A stretch of DNA of 64,000 bases, from IMG/VR virus record IMGVR_UViG_2825252539_000001, positions 32,001-96,000 of that record; one strand, given 5' to 3'. The position numbers and the translations under genes are program-made. Each line of letters starts with the position of its first letter. The first letter of the stretch is position 1. The notes beneath the pieces were generated by a model that was not told the origin of the DNA, made no database searches, and was given only the letters and a program-made list of their open reading frames with translations. This stretch comes from a virus (Duplodnaviria; Caudoviricetes). Shown here one piece after another: positions 44,372 to 55,122 of this stretch.

Positions 44372-45242
44372 GGGCGTAAGGGTAGCGCCCAGCACGCTAA
44401 TCATTGACGATCCTTTGACTCGTGCCGGTTTGGATCGGCCGCGGATCACAACTGCCGTTGACCCAGGCGTACGACAGTCCCAGACCACTACTGATCACCA
44501 TCGAGTTCACGTGTTCTTCGCACACAGATTGCCCGTTGATAGTGAACCTTGCGGCGGTCATCTCGCCGTTGGTCGTGTAGCACTCGATGCAGTGCATCAG
44601 TCCACCCGACCGCGGGATGTGAACGCGACAGGGGAGTAGGTAGGTACTTCGCCGGCCTCTTGCCCGGTCTGGTCGCGGTGCTCGTCCTGCTCGTTTCGGA
44701 CCAGCTTGTCGACCAGCGTGTCATCTAGATTCACTTTGCCTCCAATCGATCCACTCGCAACGGTTGGCCGGCGTCGGGGTGTGTGTCGTAGAACTTCACG
44801 ACGTCGTCACTCTCCAGCGCCCAGATGATGCTTTGACTCATGACCGTGCAGGTCTCGCCGGAGTCGAACGTGATACGCCACTCGTAGTTCACAGCGATCC
44901 CGGGTGTGGCGCATCGACGTAATCGGCAGGGTTGTGCCCCTTTGTGGTGAGAATCCGGTGACCTATGGGATCGCTCTTGCGCAGTCGCCGCAGATACCGC
45001 CACGTGTACAACCAGGTAAGTGCCCATCTCATGAGCGGTACCACCGACCTCTCAACTCCTCAGCGAATGCCGGCGTTTCTACCCCGGCAAAATCCGCATG
45101 CAACGCGTCGAGCAGCTCAAGCAGCTCCGCGTTTGACGGGGTGCGATAAACCGTCGCCTCCCGGTCGCAGTCCCATTGCTCCAGCCCTAACCGCTCGCGT
45201 GTCCACGAGTAATTCGTTTCGCCATCGCTTCGCATGATGGTC

Positions 45243-46361
45243 CTATTGTCCTGAGCCGATAAGCCGCTGACCAGTCCCATTAATGGGAACGGTGTTCCGT
45301 GCGATCAGGTGCCATTGCTTGCCCAACGGGCGCCGCCGATGGTCTGCCGGCCGGCGCTCCCCGATGATGGCCGGATCGTGGTAGAGCGTGCCGCGGGCGA
45401 ACTGCCGACCGTCTGGCATCGTGGCTACTTCGGTGGCCGTGTGGGCTGTACCCCACAATGAGGTAGCCACCACACGGCGGTTACCTTCCACGCCGCCCGC
45501 TCGCATGATCACCCGTCGTTGCTTGTACCGCGCACCCTGCGCCGTCAGCTCCCGGGTGTCGACGTCCATGGGAATGGCGAACAAATCGCCCTGCCGTATG
45601 ACTTCCTTACCCAGGTCCCGCGCCATCTTGACCGACGGCGGAGCCAACAGCTCTAGTGCATGGTCGAGCGTCTCGGCCGGCTCCGGGAGTTGTGAGAGGA
45701 AATACAGCGGGGGAGATTCCTGGTGATCAAACGAGGAAATGAAGTACTCGCGCCGATGCTTACGCACTGCGGTAAACACGGAATCACCCAGCCAGTGCCG
45801 CGCGTCGTACCACCGGTAAGCACCGTTGACGAGACGCACCGCTTGACTTCCGCCACCGCTCCAGATCTGCCCGACAACATCCCGACCATCGGACACGCTG
45901 GAAATGGGCACGGCGCCCCACCCAGATATATGCCACGACAGTAGAAAACCCTTTGAGGTAAGCGGTGTAGCTAACGGTTCCATCGTCGGCGGTTCGTCGC
46001 TCTCCCGCAGGGTGTAGGTGAATCCGTCGCCGTGAACGTCGACCGGTTCAATCGTCTTGTAGTGGATGCCGGCGCTTTCGAGTGCTCGCAAGGGAACGAT
46101 CACCGCAATCGCGTCCGGCACCGCAGTCCTCACGGCCGCGCGCAAGATCGTTTGCCGGCGTGCGATCCCGCGGCTCCGATCACCATTCAGCCATGCCACA
46201 TTAGGCGCCAAACCGTGCCCCAGGGGAATGCCGCGGTACCAGAACGTCTCGGCGCCCTCCGGAATGGTCAGCGCCCAATCGGCGCAGAGGTCGATAACGC
46301 TCACGATCTCGTGCACTCCGGCGAGTGTGGTTCGGCGATGTGCGCTTTGCACTCGTGGCAA
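45243..46361 (-). CDS. Large hypothetical protein (RQGDLFAIP motif)
   Basis: 372-aa ORF, the longest in the minus arm; no function recognised. Confidence 0.6.
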   Translation of the reverse strand: MPRVQSAHRRTTLAGVHEIVSVIDLCADWALTIPEGAETFWYRGIPLGHGLAPNVAWLNGDRSRGIARRQTILRAAVRTAVPDAIAVIVPLRALESAGIHYKTIEPVDVHGDGFTYTLRESDEPPTMEPLATPLTSKGFLLSWHISGWGAVPISSVSDGRDVVGQIWSGGGSQAVRLVNGAYRWYDARHWLGDSVFTAVRKHRREYFISSFDHQESPPLYFLSQLPEPAETLDHALELLAPPSVKMARDLGKEVIRQGDLFAIPMDVDTRELTAQGARYKQRRVIMRAGGVEGNRRVVATSLWGTAHTATEVATMPDGRQFARGTLYHDPAIIGERRPADHRRRPLGKQWHLIARNTVPINGTGQRLIGSGQ

Positions 46362-46536
46362 CGGTTTTCGTCGTCATAGCCGCGCTTCACGGTTACCCGT
46401 ACGTGCTTGTACTTCAAGCGGTAACGGCCGGTTGAGTACATCACCAGGACGTGATGCCCCTTCTCCCATACCCGACCGACGACTAGACCGTCTTCGATGT
46501 CTCCCGGTTCCAGCTCGTTCGCTTCGACGGTGACGA

Positions 46537-49174
46537 TCATGAGCGTCCCGCATACGTCTGAGGGCTGTAACCGCTTGGCTGAATCCCTCGCGGTCCGCGA
46601 TACGAACCGTCGGACCAGTTGACCTCGACACCGTTGACGTGCAACAGGTCTGCGACGACTCCGCTGAGATCTTGAGATAGCAGGACCGCGGCCCGTTTGA
46701 CATCTTCCGGCAAGTACTCGACCGAGCTGCAATACGCGTGAACTTCGGTCTCGATGTCCTCGATGCGAATCATTCGACATCCTCGCTGTCAGCGCGCCAG
46801 ATCTCGCGATCGATCTCGTCGGCACGGTTCTGTGCTTCTAACTTCTCGTCGTCGAGCCACTTCTCGATGGCGTAAGCCATCAGCTCCGCCTTACTGATGA
46901 TGTCCGCGTCTATCGCCTTGTTTAGCTCGTCGTAGTCACTGCGGAACGGGGAGAGCTGATAGGCCTGATTCGACTCGATCATGATCGCTGCGTAGTCGGC
47001 CAACGCATCACGCGCTATGATCCGACCGTGAACCAAGTCAACGCCATTGCGTTGCATGACCGTCTCGCCGCGCTCCCGCCGTGCCGCCAAGCCGGCCCAA
47101 CCGCCATGTTGCGGGGTTAGTTCCTTGATCCGCGACGCTAGTTCGTAGCGCTCCGATTCAACTTCGGCGATGTGGCGCGCCAGCGTCTCTGTCGTATGCC
47201 CTTCGGCAATGAGCGTTGCGGCTCGCTGTGTCTTGACCCGCTCTAGAATCGCATCAGTCATTCCGGAACTACCATCTCAAGCGCCATCCCGTCGTTGATA
47301 TGCACCGTGATGTGCACACCCGCGGGAGCGTCGATCTCGATATTCAGCCCATCATGCGAGCTGGAATGGTGTGCATAGACCTCGACATCCTCGGGGAGGT
47401 CGTCGCGCCCTTCCATACTCGGATCGGGCCGCAGCGCCTGGCCGCCAAAGCGATTCATCGCCCTATCACCCGCAATTCAGCCTCGCGCTTGTCGTACTGC
47501 GCTTTCGGGTATGCCGTCGACCCGTCACCCGTTCCGCACGGAATGCCGTGGCTGTGCGTCCATGGTCCGCCGATGGAATGCACCCGCTCGTGACAGATGG
47601 CGCACTCATCGATGCCGCCCGACAGCAACGCGTCTTCGATGTTGTCGATTGCCGGCGCGATGAACGATTCGTACAGCTCGGTCACGTCGTCGGCGGTCAG
47701 TGCAAGCAACAGTTCATCGGGCACGGTCTCGCGATCCGCGAGGATGCCGAGGATGCCGCCCGACGCCATCACTTCTAGGTATGCCGCTTTGGCGATTTCG
47801 TTGATGTGATCGTGAGTGCTCATGCCGCCTCCCTCATTTCGTCGATGTCTCGTCGTACCGCGTTCCGAACCGCCTCCGGCAAGTCAGACCATCGGGTGTA
47901 CTTGTGCCGCATGCGGTATCGGTAAGCCGCTACCTGGTGAGGCTGCAACTCAAAGTGCGACCCGTTGCCCTCGGGGGTAAGCGAGTAACCACCCATCCAT
48001 TCGCCGTAATTCTCGTAGCGCTGGACGTCGGTATAGATCACGTCATACCGTTCGGGCGCCGGATCATTCGGCCCAACGTCGATGATGGCCAGCACTTCCC
48101 GCGGGCAATCCCCGTCAAGCCACCGTTTCGAGCAGCGCCGGGGCGCATACGGCTTCATGCCGCGTCCTTTGTGATGTACCCAACGAGATATTTCGAGTTG
48201 TCCCGCCCGTACTCGTGAGAGCTGTAGACGTTGAGCGTGTTGGGGATGGACGACGACGTGATGACGGGGTTGTGCCACAGCTCGCGCGTCGCTATCAACG
48301 CGCCGCGGATGTCCCGCTGATCCGACCCGCTATCGGAGTGAAACAGCTTGGCACCCTTGTGGGTAGTCACGGTCTGACTCATGGCCGGCCGTCCCAGTCT
48401 TCAGACAACACATTAGAGAATCGGTTGATCGTGACGCGGCGCAAGTTGGCGTTAGCGTCCCGCTGTTGTGACATCACTTCCCGCCACCGTTCGTCATCAC
48501 CTTCGACGGCTCGCGCGATGTCTGAGTAGTTCTGTTGGATGCCGTCACGCTGCCTGTAGTGGTCCGCGAGAATCTCCCGCAAGCGCTCTACGCGCAACGT
48601 GTCGACACTGCCGAACCGCTCGGCTAGGGTCTCCGGTGCGCTCACGGCCGCTGATCCGTTTCGGGATTCCACAGCAAGAGCGCAGGCAGGGGAACGCGGC
48701 CCGGGGGATACATGACATGCGATCCCGCGGCGCCCCACTGATTAGCGCTGAATTTTTCCATCGCGCCGGCCGGAAACTGTGCCAGGACAACGGCGCCCAC
48801 CGGCAACGCGTCGACCTCGCCGAAGGTCTCGATCTTGCGCGCGGTGATAGCGCGGGCGAGTAGTTCGCCGTAGCCGTCCAACTCGCTTTGCGCCATGCTC
48901 GCGGCGCCCGTCAGTTGAACGGTGCATGCTCCCGGCTTGTCGATGAACACATGGCCTTCGGCGTGGTCTCGGTAGTGCCGCGAATACTTTGCGCTACTCA
49001 CTGGTAAATCCTCCCGGTCTCGATCAGGTAGACGGCGTGACCTTCGATGTTGTCAAGCTCGTCTTGCAGCTCGTGCCAATCCTTTGTGCTGATCGGCATT
49101 TCGCGCGCGTACTCGGCTAACGTGTCATCGTTGGCAGGTAGGCCGTGTTCCGCTAGCCACTCGGGGTAAGTCAT
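46537..49174 (-). other. Small hypothetical ORFs (46537-46773, 46770-47261, 47258-47458, 47455-47823, 48155-48382, 48642-49001, 48998-49174 and others)
   Basis: ATGA-type overlaps on the minus strand. Confidence 0.6.
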
Positions 49175-49335
49175 TCCGACCCGTCCACCGCGGCCCGCAA
49201 TGCAATCACTTTGCAGTACGGCAAGATCACTGCCGCCGGCACACCGCCGCGCGTGATCGTGTACTCGGCTTCGTTGTTCGCCACGTCGCGGACCATGGCG
49301 CCGATGCTCTGTCGCTTGTCGCTGCTCTTGCTCAT
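49171..49335 (-). CDS. Phd/YefM antitoxin-like small protein (54 aa, absent from ORF track)
   Basis: MSKSSDKRQSIGAMVRDVANNEAEYTITRGGVPAAVILPYCKVIALRAAVDGSE; the V..V......YTITR.G.P.AV.LP pattern is the Phd/YefM signature. First gene of promoter copy 2. Confidence 0.7.
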   Translation of the reverse strand: MSKSSDKRQSIGAMVRDVANNEAEYTITRGGVPAAVILPYCKVIALRAAVDGSE

Positions 49336-49377
49336 GACCCAATCCTAACCGATTGCCGTACCCCACGCAAGGGGTAC
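49336..49377 (-). promoter_or_regulatory. SigA-type leaderless promoter with palindromic operator, copy 2
   Basis: GTACCCC-TTGCGT-GGGGTAC; 17 bp spacer; -10 TAGGAT; 6 nt; ATG (49335). Confidence 0.85.
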
Positions 49378-49378
49378 G

Positions 49379-52300
49379 CTAAAACTTCTTCTCATACTCG
49401 GTGGCGATACGTGCAAGCTCGCCGGCAAGCGTGGCCTCATGCGTGGTGAACACGATCCACCGACGATCCCATTCGTTCATGATGGTTTGCATCCGCTGCA
49501 ACGCCTGGACGCACCACAGATGCAACACACCCGATGGGCTCTTTGCGGCTTCGTCGATCAGCGCGGCTAACTCGTCACCCAGTTCGTACAACTCTTTGGT
49601 GGGTATCCGATAGATGTACGCCTGCCATTGGTCCGCGTTTGTCCGGGTCAGTTCATCGGCGCGCGCTTGGTCGAATGTCACTTGGTGAAGCTCCACCCGC
49701 TAAAGCTTTTGTTGAGTATTTCGTCCAACGTCGTCGGGTTCGACTCGACAGGCCACCACCGCGGATACTGCCACGTGCGTTTGCGGTAGCTCCAAAAGCC
49801 ATCCGGACGTTTCATGTAATAACCCATGTTCGCCGAACCGTCGATGTCGAACGGCGCAAACTCCGCCATGGCGGTAAGAAACGACTGCCGGTAATACTTG
49901 TTGTACTCGCCCAGATGAGCAGCGACCGCTCGGATCTCGTCATCGGTCGGCATGATGCCGGTCTCAAAGTACGGTTCATCCCGGACCACGATTCCGGTGA
50001 TGTAATTCCATCGCGGATGCTCGGACGTCAGAAGCGGTACCCGCAAGCTTGTAGCCAACTCTGATTGAAGCGGGCTGATATCCCCGTCGGTGTCGATCCA
50101 CTTGCGCCGCGTGTATTCCTCGAACATCACGCGGCCGTCCATGCGTGCATCTGCTGTTTGAGCTGTTGGTGTGCCAGCGTTCCCGCTACCACCACCGCGG
50201 CCATGATGTCATCGCCGGCCCAAATCTCATTGACTCCGACCGTGAGAGTCCAGCCGTTGCCGTCACTCTGAATGATGGCCAGATCACCGCTCGGCATTCT
50301 GCGCCAGTACATCTCACCCGAACTTGCGCGCGTCCATTCGTACTCCAGCTCGGTCGCAATCTCTTTCATGGCGCCCATGGGTTAGGCCTCCGTTCGTGCG
50401 TAGGGATTGTGAGCGCTCTTGAAGTCCACGCCAAGCGATTTGCGGTCATGCTCGGCGCCCCGCGAGCACGTAGCCATGTGGCCAGACCAGAGCACTTCAC
50501 CACCGACGATCACCTGTCGGTACACAAAGCAACGACGGTCGCAGAATTTGCAATAGGCGCCGGCCATTACGCGCGGAACCTGATCAGGTCGTCAATCTCG
50601 ACGATGCGCGGCAATTCGTTCGGCTCTGTGATCGTGAACGTCACGACGTCGGTCCATTCGGCGATATCGCCTGTGAGAACCGTCCCGTCGTAAAGCGTTG
50701 CCTCAACCGTCCACGGCAGCGAACCGTTTTCGATGATCTCGCGCACAGCTAGCGCAACCATGTTCGCGAACGTGCCTGTCCATCCGCTGCCTGAGTTGCG
50801 TAGGTCAAGGTCGTAGCCATCGGCCACTAAATCGTTTGTCATCGCCCCTCCGTTTGCAGGTGTGCCGGCGCCTCAACCGCCGTGTAGCTGATCTGTGAAC
50901 TGAGACCGGCCGCGCGCAAGACCTCATTCACACGGTTGAGCGTGATACCCGGACCGTCGTCACTCTCGATGTATGCGGTGTACTGATAGACGGTCATTGG
51001 CAGAACCGTTGCTCAAACGTGGCGCGGTCCATCTTCCAGCGGCCTAGACCGTCTGCGCCCTGGTAGTAGACCGTGTCCGCGGTTACTCGCGAGACCTTCA
51101 TCTGCATAGGTTCGTTGTCCTGAGTCAGGAAACGGTCATGCGTGAACAGCATTCCCCGTCGTGGTCCGATCACGTGTAACTCCGATCTGCCGTAGTACGT
51201 CACGCCATCCGTCGAAAGCTCATCGATCATTTGCAGTAGCGCACTGTCGGGTATCTGTCGCTTGCCGGCGTACGGGGAAGTGCTCAACAGCGCTAGCAAG
51301 TCGTCGCAGTTATTCACGACATGCGGCAAGCTGGTGTAGCAGTGCTGGCCATGGTCAATCGACTCGATCACCTGAGTCATGCGCGTATCCCCGTGTCGAC
51401 GTAGCCGATTCGCATGCATATTGCAATGCAATCCCACGGGTGAACAATGCACTGGCCCGTGTCGTGGCTGAACGCGTGACCGTTGCCGTCACGATCGATC
51501 AGAACGTCATGCATCATCGCGGCGCCCCGTCAATCGTGAGCACGCGGCTTTCATGGACGTATATAACAGTGTTCTGCACATTGACGGCATAGGTAATGCC
51601 ATCGGCGCCGCGTAGCTTGTGGCGAACCGTTCCCGACGTTGCCGTCATTGTCTCGCCCCATTCGGCGCTAGGTGCCCACGTGACAATCATCGCGGCGCCA
51701 CCAGATCGAACGCGCGCGCTTTCTCTTGCATGTTGTGCAGGTCAATCACTCGCTGAATCGCGGCTTCGCGCGTCCATTGCCACGAACTGATGTCACCCGC
51801 AAACGCGCGCCAGAGCACCCGGCCGGCCGCGTTGTGATCCTTGCGAACCAAACCGACGGTCTCGCCATACTCGCGCGACTCAATGAAGCCATCGCGCTTG
51901 GCTATGACACTCTGGCGAGTGTGCAGGTTTAGGTGATGCTTCACCACGTCGTCAATGAGTGTCATCGCGTCACCACGTAATCCTCAGACGCGACTAGATG
52001 GCCGTAGGCCTGGTGAACGCGCGCCGCTGCGTCTGCCGCGCTATCAGCCGGCACACTAACTTGCCGGGTATCACCGGCATGATCGATGAACTGCACGTTG
52101 TACACGGCTAAAACTCCCGAAAGAACTTGGCGCCGTCGTGCCGGTGGGCAATGTCGCGCAATTGGTCATCGGTCAACGTCTCACTGTCGGTACCGGGTAT
52201 CTGTGCGTTGTCCCTGTCGAACAACGGCCGGCACTCTAGGCAGTACTCATTGCCGCAAGCGCCGTAGTAAGCCGCGGTCATCGCGTGATCTCCCTTCGAT

Positions 52301-53055
52301 ACTTGGTCAGTACTTGCTCATGCGTGAGACCCGTTGCCGCTAGCCGGCGCCCGCGGTCCGCATTAGTCCCTGAGGCTGGCAATCCTTCGCCCTTGCACGC
52401 GCGCCGAAGGATGGCGCCGCTAGTGCAGTGCATAAGGTGCCACGCGTCCGAAGTCGTCTCGGCGCCGTTGTCTGTGTAGACGATTCTCACGACAACTCCA
52501 CCGTGTAATACCGTTGATTCGGGTACCGGTTGCGCCACGTGTTCACGTGTTCCGACAGTTCCGCCCAACTGGTATTAGCCAGAGTGTGAACCGTCGACAT
52601 ACGCGTTACGGGAATCGTCTCTCTGTGACCGTCTGAGGACACTAGAACAGTTCCGCCGTTCTCAAAGTGCCGGCGCGCGTCATGGAACTTGACCCGCGTT
52701 GCCGTGCCGATGATCTCGCTCATGCGATACCCACGTGATTCGTGCCGTGATTCTCTCCACCGCAAGCGCAGTCGCACGACGGTCCAACCGCACCCATGCA
52801 TACCCCGTTGCATTCCTTATCGGGATTTACCCGACCCTGCAACTGATTCCACGTCAGATGGCGCTGATGATCGGCGCACCACATACCGGCCGCGACCAGT
52901 TCGGCGCCGTTGTGGCCACCGTAGAAGATCGAAACAGACTTCCAGCCATACTCGATGTAAGGCGAGTCCACTACGCGCCGTGTCTTGCAACCGGCTACCG
53001 GGCATTTGCCGAACCAGCGCTCTAGCTTGCGCTTGCGGTTAATGGTTACGCTCAT
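49379..53055 (-). other. Small hypothetical ORFs under promoter copy 3 (e.g. 49379-49696, 50127-50378, 50382-50567, 50567-50842, 51687-51965, Cys-rich 52720-53055)
   Basis: Chained minus-strand ORFs. Confidence 0.55.
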
Positions 53056-53099
53056 GGTCTATAGATTACCCGCTCATGCGTACCCCGCGCAAGGGGTAC
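53056..53099 (-). promoter_or_regulatory. SigA-type leaderless promoter with palindromic operator, copy 3
   Basis: GTACCCC-TTGCGC-GGGGTAC; 18 bp spacer; -10 TAATCT; 7 nt; ATG (53055). Confidence 0.85.
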
Positions 53100-54132
53100 A
53101 GCAGACTTTCTACCGAAGACTTTCCGGCATAGCCAAACCAACGCCATGCCGGCCGCAACCGCAGCGGCACCGTACAAGATAATGGCGGCAACGACATGCG
53201 CGACGGTCACAACTTACTCCCGTGTGGCTTCGGCGCATACGTGGCCGTGATATTGCCGCGACGGTCTCGGCGCATGCGTTGCCATGAGACTTGTTCGGCC
53301 GGCATCCACGTTTGACACTGAGGACACCACGCGCGCACTCCCGTACCGGGATTGAATACCCGTTTCGTCGGCTGCGGGTTGCTGCAAGTCATGCCGGTAC
53401 CGCGGTCTTGAACTGTCGCAGTTCGGCGCGCGATTGCTCTAGCGACTCGAACGGCATGCCCTTATGTTCTGGCTTGTGCGACCACGGCCGATTGCGGCAA
53501 TACTCCATCACCGCGGGTAAATCCCATTCGCCCTTAGGCAGGATATAAGCCGTGGCATGCAGATAGACCGACGTCCGCAGCGGCAACGGCCGTTCGCCCC
53601 ATGAGGGTTGGTAAGCCTTGATCTTGCCGTCACGCGTCACGCTGGTTACCGTGCCAACTTCAATGTCGGCGCGGTCGTATGACGCTTGGCCGATCATCGC
53701 GACTCGGCTAGTGCGCGCGAACAATACGCCATCGCCTCGTTTGAAGACGGTCACTAGTCCATCCCATGCGGGTAGACGTTGGGCTGATACTTGGCCAGCA
53801 ATGCCCTACGCGCGTCGGTTAGGTGTGAGTGCGCTTCGGCCGTGAGAGTGTCGTCTGACATCTCCAGCGATGACACAAGCGACATTGCCCGCGTTACCGC
53901 GTCGATAGCGGTTTTGGCGATCAGTTCCCGTTCCGCAGCGTTGGTTGCTTGCGACGGGATATCGCGCTCTTGGACTATCGCGCAACGGTTGCGCGTATGC
54001 CCTTCAATCGCGCCGGCCGCGTCGGTAGCCGCGCGCCGGTCATCAGGTGTGCCGTTGTGGGTCACTGTGACGTGCATGATTCGATCCTGTCTAGGCTTCT
54101 GGTGAGCTGGTGAGCGATTCCCTTTTATGGGA

Positions 54133-55122
54133 CTAGTCGAGTGATACCGTCGCGGCTTCTGCCGCTGATCGATGCCCGCTGATCTCGTGGTAACCGATCA
54201 GGTTGGACCAGTTCTGACTGCCGCCGAAGAAGTGAACCGAGACGGTTTTGGCGTTGGCGCGAACCACGTTGTACCAACTGCCGCGGTACTTGACCTGATC
54301 GCCCTTCTTAACCGTCTCTTTGCTGTACGTACTGGCCAGTCCCGCGGCTTGCAGCTCGGCGAATACACCTTTCCAATAGGTGATCTCGTCGGCGCGTTGC
54401 GCCATGCGTGACTCCAGCGTTTCGCGCCGTGACCCGCTAGCCGGCGCCTCATAGTCATAGACCGGTTGACCGTTAAAGGTCCCGATCAGACGCTTAGGCC
54501 TGCCGTCAATCTCCCGCTGGTCTTTTCGCTGCTCGGCTTCCATCCTGTCGATACGGTTTTTGACCGTCACAGGGTTATTCCGATGAGCGGTAGCGCGTGA
54601 CGCGACGTCGGCACGGCGCGCGGCTTCTTCGGCCGCGGTTGACGCTTCGCAAGCACTGCCAAGCGCATTCCATGCCTTATCGATGGCGTTACGGTGCCGG
54701 CGCTCGGAATGGTGGCCAATCTTGATCGGTTCGCCACCCGGGGGTAACGCTTCACAAGCGCGGTCGTGCCGGTCCCATGCGGCCGTAGCCTGATCGGCGC
54801 GCCGGTCCGCTTTAGCCGCTAGAGCGTCTGCCCTGTCATCGGCACGTTGCGCGCGGTCCGCTTCGGCTTCTGCCACGTCACGGTGTGACGCGTCGACCGA
54901 CACCACAACGTTAAAACCATCGGCGCGCAATGCTTCGGCCGCGCGATTGATCTTGTACATATTCGGTTGCCGGTCACGGCTATTCGGGATACCCCACATT
55001 CCCAGCGTTCGGAACCATCGGAAGCCGTGCGCTTTCAAGATGACGTTAGAACCGTCACCGCGCGAAGTACCGTCGACTAACGTACCGTCTTCGGCCGTGT
55101 GCGTGATCTCTACAGCGCTCAT
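54133..55122 (-). CDS. DUF3560-domain protein
   Basis: LPPGGEPIKIGHHSERRHRNAIDKA, NRIDRMEAEQRK, and SH3-like VKKGDQVKYRGSWYNVVRANAKTVSV. Confidence 0.8.
   Translation of the reverse strand: MSAVEITHTAEDGTLVDGTSRGDGSNVILKAHGFRWFRTLGMWGIPNSRDRQPNMYKINRAAEALRADGFNVVVSVDASHRDVAEAEADRAQRADDRADALAAKADRRADQATAAWDRHDRACEALPPGGEPIKIGHHSERRHRNAIDKAWNALGSACEASTAAEEAARRADVASRATAHRNNPVTVKNRIDRMEAEQRKDQREIDGRPKRLIGTFNGQPVYDYEAPASGSRRETLESRMAQRADEITYWKGVFAELQAAGLASTYSKETVKKGDQVKYRGSWYNVVRANAKTVSVHFFGGSQNWSNLIGYHEISGHRSAAEAATVSLD

Noticed and set aside
48998-49366. 122-aa ORF as given in the track
   Set aside because: Its 5' part overlaps promoter copy 2 and the Phd-like ORF; the real start is likely ATG 49174.
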